Under the pieces are notes generated by a model. It was not told where the DNA came from. It searched no databases and saw nothing but the letters and a program-made list of their open reading frames with translations. Shown here in pieces: positions 18,364 through 25,590 of a stretch of 64,000 bases of DNA; the stretch's first letter is position 1, and each line of letters opens with the position of its first letter. Position numbers and translations under genes: made by a program. The stretch spans positions 936,959-1,000,958 of the forward strand of contig OZ246975.1 of NCBI GenBank assembly GCA_965232485.1, written 5' to 3'. This stretch comes from Rhodothermales bacterium (lineage in GTDB: Bacteria > Bacteroidota > Rhodothermia > Rhodothermales > VXPQ01).

Positions 18364-19668
18364 ATGAATCCGACCTCGATGCAAACGGACGCTGAACGTT
18401 CACTGGCTATCTTTCCCGCCGGATCGAATGGCGAATTCAACCTTCCAGCCGCTCTGTCCATGGTGATTGCGCGCGGTTCGGGCTGCGATCTCTGGGACAC
18501 CGATGGAAAGCGCTATGTGGACTTCTCGATGGGATGGGGCTCGGCGCTCGTCGGGCATGGGCGTCGCGAAATCGCCGAGGCCGTAGCGCAGCAGGCGCCG
18601 AAGGGAGCTAATTTCGCGTACGTCACGGAGACTTCGCTCGCACTGGCCGAAGAAATTGTCCGGATAAGCGCGGCTTGCGAAAGGCTGCGCTTCTGCGCCT
18701 CCGGCACCGAGGCAACCATGTACAGTCTGCGTCTGGCGCAGGCTTTTACTGGACGTTCTCGCGTGATCAAGTTCGAGGGGGCTTACCATGGAGCGAATGA
18801 CGTCGGCGTAACCAGCTTGTTTCCACAGCACTTGCCCGATTTCCCCACGCCTGAGCCATCCTCTGACGGCATCGATCACCTTGTGCGCGATCATGTCCTG
18901 ATTGCACCTTATAACGACCTGGAAACAACCCAACGGATCATCGCCGCCTACGCCGACGAAGTAGCGGCGGTGATTGTAGAGCCGCTGCATCGCTGTCTGC
19001 CTCCGGTATCGGGTTTCCTGCAAGGCTTGCGCGAGATTACAGCCGCCCACGGCATACTGCTGATCTTCGACGAAGTGGTAACCGGATTCCGTCTGGCTTA
19101 CGGGGGCGCCCAGGAATACTACGGCGTCGCGCCAGACCTCGCGGCCTACGGAAAAGCGCTCGGGGGCGGCTATCCAATCGGCGCCTATGGCGGTCGCTTC
19201 GAAATCATGGATCTGGTGCGCGAAGATCGCCTGGGAAAAGAAACCTACGTCTGGACGGCCTCTACGCTGGGCGGCAACCCGATTTCGACGGCGGCTGCAG
19301 GAGCGGCCTTGTCCGTATTTCGACAGCCCGGCGCCTACGAACATCTGCACGAGATCGGCGCTTATCTGCGAGAGGGAATGAGGCAGGCGCTCCAGGCGCG
19401 AGGCGTCCCCGGGCAGATAATCGGCGACGGCCCGTTGGCTCAGGCGGTCTTCACGCGCGAAGAGGAGCCGATCCTGGACTACCGTTCCACCCGGCGCGGC
19501 GACGCACAAACCAGCCGAGCCGTAATGCTCGGTCTTTTCAGCCGGGGCGTCTTTCTCAACCCCATGGGAACCAAGCTCTACCTGTCACTGGCTCACGACA
19601 AAGCGGCCTGCGACGTGTTTCTTGATCGCTTCGACGACACGCTCGCGAAGGTTTTGCCTGCCGCCTGA
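18364..19668 (+). CDS. Class-III PLP enzyme, glutamate-1-semialdehyde-aminomutase-like
   Basis: The track start 18358 is TTG; I prefer ATG 18364. ASGTEATMYSLRLAQAFTGR, FDEVVTGFRLAYGGAQ and YGKALGGGYPIGAYGG match the GSA-aminomutase-like subgroup. Confidence 0.75.
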   Translation: MNPTSMQTDAERSLAIFPAGSNGEFNLPAALSMVIARGSGCDLWDTDGKRYVDFSMGWGSALVGHGRREIAEAVAQQAPKGANFAYVTETSLALAEEIVRISAACERLRFCASGTEATMYSLRLAQAFTGRSRVIKFEGAYHGANDVGVTSLFPQHLPDFPTPEPSSDGIDHLVRDHVLIAPYNDLETTQRIIAAYADEVAAVIVEPLHRCLPPVSGFLQGLREITAAHGILLIFDEVVTGFRLAYGGAQEYYGVAPDLAAYGKALGGGYPIGAYGGRFEIMDLVREDRLGKETYVWTASTLGGNPISTAAAGAALSVFRQPGAYEHLHEIGAYLREGMRQALQARGVPGQIIGDGPLAQAVFTREEEPILDYRSTRRGDAQTSRAVMLGLFSRGVFLNPMGTKLYLSLAHDKAACDVFLDRFDDTLAKVLPAA

Positions 19669-19698
19669 CTTTCCAACGATCATTGCCCCGGCCCAAGC

Positions 19699-20982
19699 AT
19701 GACCCATTCCTTGCTTCCAAAACCCTGGCGTCACCGGATATTCACAGTGACATGGCTTGCCTACGCCGGTCTCTACCTGTGCCGAAAAAATTTCAGCGTG
19801 GTCATGCCATTCCTGATGGGCGAGTACGGGTTCACCAAAACTGATCTCGCCTGGGTTCTTACCGGCTACAGTCTCATCTACATGTTGGGCCAATTTGTTA
19901 ACGGCCTGCTCTCTGATCGCTTCGGGCCGCGGATCATCGTCGCCACAGGCATTCTGATATCTGTTTTTTCAAACGTCGCAATGGGCTTCGGAGCCTCTCT
20001 GTTTTTGTTCATATTCATGATGTGGAGCAATGGTTACGGGCAATCGACAGGATGGCCCGGACTAATCAAGAACATGTCTTCCTGGTTCCGACACCAGGAG
20101 CGGGGCGTGGTGATGGCCTGGTGGTGTACATGCTATGTGGTAGGCGGCTTCGTGGGCACGATCTTTGCCACATACTGGGCCACGAATGAGATGTTTTTCG
20201 CCGATCTGGGCTGGCGGAGGGCTTTCTGGGCGCCCGCGCTTCTGCTTACGATCATCGCCGGCGCATACGCGCTCTTCACGCGAAACCGGCCTTCGGATGC
20301 AGGGCTTCCGGACCTGCCGGAGGATGACGCCGATGAAACCGCTCCTTCTCCGGTTAGCGGCGCAGAAAGGAGGTCTGTACTGCGAGAGGTCCTGTCCAAT
20401 TCGGCGCTATGGGTGACGGGCGCGATGTACTTCTTCACAAAGATGACCCGTTACGCATTTCTATTCTGGCTCCCGCTCTATATGACCGAGGCGCTCGACT
20501 ATACGGAGCGTGCGGCAGGGTACACTTCTTCCGTCTACGAAATAGTCGGTTTCTTGGGAGTGATAATGGCCGGCTATGCCTCCGACAAACTCTTTCAGGC
20601 GCGCCGTTTCCCGGTCGGCGCACTCATGCTATATGGATTGGCGCTGACCCTTTTACTTCACCCTACCCTGGCGGAACTCGGCGTCGTAGCCAATATCGTC
20701 AGCATTGGCGTCATCGGGATCATGACGTTTGGGCCGGACGCGCTCATGTCCGGCGCCGCCGCAATGGACATTGGCAGCCAGCGGGGGGCCGCCACAGCGG
20801 CAGGTCTGATAAATGGCATGGGGTCCTGCGGCCAACTGATTTCTCCCCTCCTCGTCGCCTATGTAGCCGAACACTTCGGCTGGAACAGCATGTTCTACCT
20901 GTTCGTGATCTTCGCTATAATCTCCGGAACGCTGCTCACGACGAAGTGGAATTACGGAAAAAGAGTTGTTCCTGCGTCATGA
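19699..20982 (+). CDS. MFS transporter, organophosphate:Pi antiporter (GlpT/UhpC-like) family
   Basis: 427 aa, multi-TM. YLCRKNFSV, GQFVNGLLSDRFGPR, NGYGQSTGWPG and WFRHQERG resemble OPA-family signatures. Confidence 0.78.
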   Translation: MTHSLLPKPWRHRIFTVTWLAYAGLYLCRKNFSVVMPFLMGEYGFTKTDLAWVLTGYSLIYMLGQFVNGLLSDRFGPRIIVATGILISVFSNVAMGFGASLFLFIFMMWSNGYGQSTGWPGLIKNMSSWFRHQERGVVMAWWCTCYVVGGFVGTIFATYWATNEMFFADLGWRRAFWAPALLLTIIAGAYALFTRNRPSDAGLPDLPEDDADETAPSPVSGAERRSVLREVLSNSALWVTGAMYFFTKMTRYAFLFWLPLYMTEALDYTERAAGYTSSVYEIVGFLGVIMAGYASDKLFQARRFPVGALMLYGLALTLLLHPTLAELGVVANIVSIGVIGIMTFGPDALMSGAAAMDIGSQRGAATAAGLINGMGSCGQLISPLLVAYVAEHFGWNSMFYLFVIFAIISGTLLTTKWNYGKRVVPAS

Positions 20983-21008
20983 GGGCGCTACAAATGGACG
21001 ACTTCGCG

Positions 21009-21947
21009 CTACGGATCCACCGAAACGTACGCATCGATCAGCGCCTGTTCCCCTTCCTTGCCGGGCGCGGCGTTCCCGTGCTCCATGCCGAGGATGTCAG
21101 TATACCCCCGTTCGTGGATGTATTTGAACACGTTGCGGTAGTTGATCTCGCCCGTAGTCGGTTCCTTCCGGCCCGGATTGTCGCCGATCTGAAAATAGCC
21201 GATCTCATCCCATGATTTTTCGATGTTCGGGATCAGGTTCCCCTCGCTAATCTGCTGATGGTAGATATCGAAGAGAATCTTGCAGGCGGGACTGTCCACA
21301 TGCTTGCAAAGCATGTAGGCCTGGGGCGCCCGGCTCAGGAACATGCCGGGATGGTTCGACCACCAGTTCAGCGGCTCCAGAACCATGACCAGTCCGTGCG
21401 GCTCCAGAATCTCCGCCGCGCGCTTCAGCGACTCCGCCACATGCACCGTCTGGTACTCCATTTCCTGGCGCTGGTCGACTCGCCCGGGCACCACCGTCAT
21501 CCACATAGCGTTGACGCGCTTCGCCACTTCCACTGCCCCGCGAATGTCATCCAGAAATTCCTCCCGTCTGGCCGGATCGCCGCTCGCCAGATTGGGGCCT
21601 TGCCAATCGATCTGGTGCGCGACGAATACCCCCATGCGCATATTCAGGCGCGTCATTTCCCGGGCAATGGCTTCCTGCATCTCCGGGGTGCGGCCCGCCA
21701 TGCCATTGTCTTCCATGGACCGGAACCCCATCTCCGCCATAAAACGAAGTTGGTCAAGCAGATCGTCCCCTGCATGGTTCGCGAACATGCCGAAATGAGG
21801 CGCATAGTCGAGCGTGAATTCGGGACGGTTTCCGGAAAAACCGGAAGGTTCTCCTCCCTCGGACAAACCGGCTGCGAGCCCCGCATGGGCGAAGGGAAGC
21901 GCCGCGGAGGCGGCCGCAAAGGAACGCAGAAAACGACGTCGTTGCAT
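21009..21947 (-). CDS. Tat-exported xylose-isomerase-like TIM-barrel protein (hydroxypyruvate-isomerase-like)
   Basis: Tat signal MQRRRFLRSFAAASAALPFAHA. LVMVLEPLN, GYFQIGDNPGRKEP and GMEHG are typical of the Hyi-like sugar phosphate isomerase/epimerase fold. Confidence 0.78.
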   Translation of the reverse strand: MQRRRFLRSFAAASAALPFAHAGLAAGLSEGGEPSGFSGNRPEFTLDYAPHFGMFANHAGDDLLDQLRFMAEMGFRSMEDNGMAGRTPEMQEAIAREMTRLNMRMGVFVAHQIDWQGPNLASGDPARREEFLDDIRGAVEVAKRVNAMWMTVVPGRVDQRQEMEYQTVHVAESLKRAAEILEPHGLVMVLEPLNWWSNHPGMFLSRAPQAYMLCKHVDSPACKILFDIYHQQISEGNLIPNIEKSWDEIGYFQIGDNPGRKEPTTGEINYRNVFKYIHERGYTDILGMEHGNAAPGKEGEQALIDAYVSVDP

Positions 21948-22028
21948 GGTTGCATGGATTTGAGTTCAAAAAAACGCGCGCAAGCGGCCCGGAGTCGCCC
22001 GGTCTGCTCCCATCTTCTTCCAGTCTTG

Positions 22029-22652
22029 TTACAATGTCTCCCAGGGCGCTTTAGACAACCCCAGTCGTTCGATCTCGGATTGCGGGGCGCCCGTCCATTC
22101 GGACACGAATACATTCCCTATATAGCCAATATCGGCCATGCCCGCCTCTGTGGTCCAGAATCCCGACGCGGTCAAGTCGCGAAAGAAATTGAAAAACGCG
22201 ACGCCCTCTGCAAGCGCCGGATCGGCGTCCTCGGGCCAGGCGATCGCATCGACCAGTTCGATGCGCTGCGCTTCGGCGCATGCTGCGAAAGAAGACCCGA
22301 AGCGCTCCCGCGCCCACGTGTCCAGCCAGGCCAATCCTTCGCGCATGGGGGCCTGCATAGCGACCCGATCCATGACCATGAAGTCCATGAATTCCGGCGC
22401 GCCCGCCTCCGTCGCACTGCCCGAGCGATCATCCGCCGGAATAATCAGGTCCGCAAGAATGCGCACCGTTTCGTACTCCTCGTCCGTAAAAAACGACGGC
22501 GAAAAATCCCCCTCGGCGCGGGCTTCTTCCGCCTTGCGGGCGGCGCGTTCGGCGTCGGAAGCGGTCCATCGGCATCCCGCCGCCGTCAGTACGCCGGGGG
22601 CCGCGGCCGACAAGGCCAGCGCCAGTAATTTAAGCGATTCGCGGCGATCCAT
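22029..22652 (-). CDS. Small Tat-signal subunit of the gluconate 2-dehydrogenase subunit 3 family
   Basis: Track ORF 22029-22808 trimmed to ATG 22652 (MDRRESLKLLALALSAAAPGVLTAAGC). The longer form would overlap the GMC gene. Its size (~207 aa) and its position next to a signal-less GMC flavoprotein are typical of this family. Confidence 0.68.
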   Translation of the reverse strand: MDRRESLKLLALALSAAAPGVLTAAGCRWTASDAERAARKAEEARAEGDFSPSFFTDEEYETVRILADLIIPADDRSGSATEAGAPEFMDFMVMDRVAMQAPMREGLAWLDTWARERFGSSFAACAEAQRIELVDAIAWPEDADPALAEGVAFFNFFRDLTASGFWTTEAGMADIGYIGNVFVSEWTGAPQSEIERLGLSKAPWETL

Positions 22653-22695
22653 ATGATTAGCGTGCTGCAATGTGCAACGTTGTCCATACAATGTA

Positions 22696-24414
22696 TTACA
22701 AAACGCCCGCATTGCGAAGTTCGACAATGCGATCCGCGGTGCGCCACGCCAGCGCCAGAATGGTCCATGTTGCGTTCTTGTGCGCCTGCGACACAAAAGG
22801 CGCGCCATCCGTTACGAACACATTCTTTGCGTCGTGCGCCTGGCACCAGGCGTTCAGCGGGGACCTGGCCGGGTCGTTCCCCATGCGAACCGTACCCACC
22901 TCATGGATGATCTTGCCCGGCGCCAGAATGCCATATCCCTCTTCTTTCGAGGGCATGGGCGTGAGCGCCTCGCCCCCCATCGCCTCTACGAGTTGGCGGC
23001 TTGCTTCCTGGGCATGCTTGATCTGAAGATATTCTTCGTCGCTCCAGCGCACATGGAAGCGCAGGACGGGAATGCCGTACTTATCCGCCACGTCCGGGTC
23101 GATTTCGCAATAATTATCGTACCGGGCAATCATCTCGCCGCGGGCGGAAAAGCCCACGACGGAGCCGTACAAATCCCGGTAATCCTGCTTCAGCTGCATC
23201 CCGTAGCCGCCCCCGCCCCGGGGACGATCCTCGAACAGGTTATTGATCGTATGAATCCCGTGCGCGAAACCGTAGCTGGGCTGCTGGCGTCCTCCCCATA
23301 CTTCAAGATGGTATCCGCGGGCGAAATCGCGCTGCTGGTCATATCCGAACCAGGGGATGTAAATGTGCGCCCCGCCCACGCCGTCTTCGTTGTACGACGA
23401 GCGTCCGATCAGCTGCGGAAAGATTCCGGCCACGCTGGCGCCCGTGGAATCCATCAGATACCGCCCCACGACGCCGCTTGCGTTGGCCAGGCCGGCCGGA
23501 TGCCGGGGCGAGGTCGAATTCAATAGCAACCGGGCCGATTCGCATGCGCTGGCCGCCAGCACGACGACTCGGGCGCGCACCGCGTACTCCTGCATATCGT
23601 TCCGGTTCACGTACGAGACGCCGGTGGCCAACCCCTCCTGATCCGTGGTGACCTCCCGCGCCATGGCATTGTCCACAATGGTCAGCCGCCCCGTATCGAG
23701 GGCCGGAGGCAACAACACGGACGGCGAAGAAAAATTCGAATCCGTCGCGCAACCGCGCCCGCACTGCCCGCAAAAATGGCAGGCAGGCCGCCCGTTGCGC
23801 GCTTTCGTCAGGATGGAAAGACGATTCGCCAACACCGGAATGCCCAGCCGGGCCGCTCCCTGCATCACGAGCAATTCATGCAAGCGCGGCGCCGGAGGCG
23901 GCAAAAAATCCCCGTCCGGCTCGTTGTAAAAACCATCCCGCGCGCCGAAAATCCCGACAAGGCGATCCAACTTGTCGTACCAGGGCGCAAGGTCTTCGTA
24001 TCCTATGGGCCAGTCGTCCCCCAGGCCGTCCAGGCTGTATCCGCGAAAATCGTCCGGGCCGAATCGCAACGAAATACGGCCCCAGTGGTTCGTGCGTCCT
24101 CCCAGCATACGCGCCCGGAACCAGTCCCACTCCGTCCCGGAAGCGCGGGTGTACGGCTCGCCCTCGATTTCCCAGCCGCCGATGCACCCGTCGAATTCGC
24201 CGAACGGTTTCTCCTTCGAAGACGCCCCGCGGCGAGGCGAAGAATAATTCCAGGTAAACATGTCGCCATCCTCGGCGGCGTCCCACATGGGACCCGCCTC
24301 CAGCATCGCCACATTCGCGCCCGCCTGGGCCAGTACGTACGCCGCCATGCCGCCTCCGGCGCCGGAGCCGACAATAGCCACATCGTAAATATCGGGATTA
24401 ACGATATGCCGCAT
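22696..24414 (-). CDS. GMC-family FAD oxidoreductase
   Basis: The track start 24456 is TTG. ATG 24414 gives MRHIVNPDIYDVAIVGSGAGGG (FAD Rossmann). HEVGTVRMG lies near the C-terminus. It has no signal peptide of its own. Confidence 0.85.
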   Translation of the reverse strand: MRHIVNPDIYDVAIVGSGAGGGMAAYVLAQAGANVAMLEAGPMWDAAEDGDMFTWNYSSPRRGASSKEKPFGEFDGCIGGWEIEGEPYTRASGTEWDWFRARMLGGRTNHWGRISLRFGPDDFRGYSLDGLGDDWPIGYEDLAPWYDKLDRLVGIFGARDGFYNEPDGDFLPPPAPRLHELLVMQGAARLGIPVLANRLSILTKARNGRPACHFCGQCGRGCATDSNFSSPSVLLPPALDTGRLTIVDNAMAREVTTDQEGLATGVSYVNRNDMQEYAVRARVVVLAASACESARLLLNSTSPRHPAGLANASGVVGRYLMDSTGASVAGIFPQLIGRSSYNEDGVGGAHIYIPWFGYDQQRDFARGYHLEVWGGRQQPSYGFAHGIHTINNLFEDRPRGGGGYGMQLKQDYRDLYGSVVGFSARGEMIARYDNYCEIDPDVADKYGIPVLRFHVRWSDEEYLQIKHAQEASRQLVEAMGGEALTPMPSKEEGYGILAPGKIIHEVGTVRMGNDPARSPLNAWCQAHDAKNVFVTDGAPFVSQAHKNATWTILALAWRTADRIVELRNAGVL

Positions 24415-24478
24415 AAGGATCGAAAGTAATTCTGCAGAAAAACAGAGACGCGCCAAGCGACCGCCTCACGCTTCATAG

Positions 24479-25567
24479 TTAACGACGTTCAGAATTCGGA
24501 TGCAAGACATTTCCAGCCTTTCCCTGGGCGAATCCCTCAATCCCCTGAAAAATCTCGCTCACGCACGGCTCGGGCGGGTTATGGCACTCCGGCACGTTGC
24601 GAGGAACCAGGCCCGTGCATCTGGGCAGAAAATTATAGCCCGCCTGAAGACTCGTTTCCGTCGAGGGGGTCCATTCCCGGCCTATGCCCTCTCCGGCGCC
24701 GAAAAAGCCGTAGCCGTTCTGCACGTTGGAGAACGTACCCGGCGCCGCAAGCAAGTTCACGTCGAAAACCCTGCCGGGCGGCGACCAGGTCGAATCCGCC
24801 AGCAGGCCCGAAAACGCCACCTTCCGAAGCCATATGTCCGGGGCGCTTTCTTCGGGATCGGTAATCAGGCAATTGATTTGATAGGCCGACCGAACGGTTT
24901 CGAAATCCCCCGCGATATCTATCGTGAAACGCCAGCCTCCCGGGATGCGCTCGACCCGATCGTCGTACGAAACGATCACGGGCAACTGCACGGCGGGAGC
25001 CACCGGGGACCCTTGCGGCCAGGCTTGCGGGGGCGGCACGTTGATGGCGTGGTACGTTACGCGCAGCCCGATGAGGTTCGGTACGTCGCCGTCTATAAAG
25101 ACAGGAACCTGCACGCTGGACTCGCCGGTTTCCAGCGTAAACTGCGCGGCGGGCGGCACGGTCACTTCGACGCGGGCCGTCTCGCCGTCCGAACGCGCCA
25201 CCTCAAGCAAATAACGCGCGTCGTACTCCGGTCGGAAAGGGGCCATGAAAAAATGGCCGGTGATCAAACTGTCGAAATGTACGCGCTCGTACGTCCACTC
25301 CAGACGCTTGCCCGTCGCAAGATGCGTGGAAAATACGCGCGCGTCGATCTTCGCCTCCCGGTCGGGAATCAACACGTCCGTGACCTCGAAGACGCGGACA
25401 TATTGCGTATCTGCGGCGGAATCCAGAAAACCCCAGACCGTAAAGGGAATGTCGGTCCCGGTAATGGCGTCCACGCTTTCCTCGCAGCCCGCGGTCGCCA
25501 GCAGCAAGCCCGGCAGCGCCGCCGCCAGGAGAAAACGAATCAGCCATGTGTCGAACAAGCGCTTCAT
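24479..25567 (-). CDS. DUF4249-like lipoprotein (module B)
   Basis: Lipobox LLLATAGC followed by EESVD. Paralog of 42576-43535 (QYVRVF/QWVRVF; VQNGYGFFGAG/VQNGFGFVGAG). Its location right after a CarboxypepD_reg TBDR fits DUF4249; the family call is tentative. Confidence 0.55.
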   Translation of the reverse strand: MKRLFDTWLIRFLLAAALPGLLLATAGCEESVDAITGTDIPFTVWGFLDSAADTQYVRVFEVTDVLIPDREAKIDARVFSTHLATGKRLEWTYERVHFDSLITGHFFMAPFRPEYDARYLLEVARSDGETARVEVTVPPAAQFTLETGESSVQVPVFIDGDVPNLIGLRVTYHAINVPPPQAWPQGSPVAPAVQLPVIVSYDDRVERIPGGWRFTIDIAGDFETVRSAYQINCLITDPEESAPDIWLRKVAFSGLLADSTWSPPGRVFDVNLLAAPGTFSNVQNGYGFFGAGEGIGREWTPSTETSLQAGYNFLPRCTGLVPRNVPECHNPPEPCVSEIFQGIEGFAQGKAGNVLHPNSERR

Positions 25568-25590
25568 GTCAATGCTTAATCAGAGCATGC

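Noticed and set aside
20983-21008. Expected a bidirectional rho-independent terminator in the 26-nt convergent gap between the MFS and TIM-barrel genes. I also checked the gaps 30439-30683 and 33674-33859.
   Set aside because: By eye I saw only short (4-6 bp) stems without U-tracts. I cannot support a terminator call without energy calculations.
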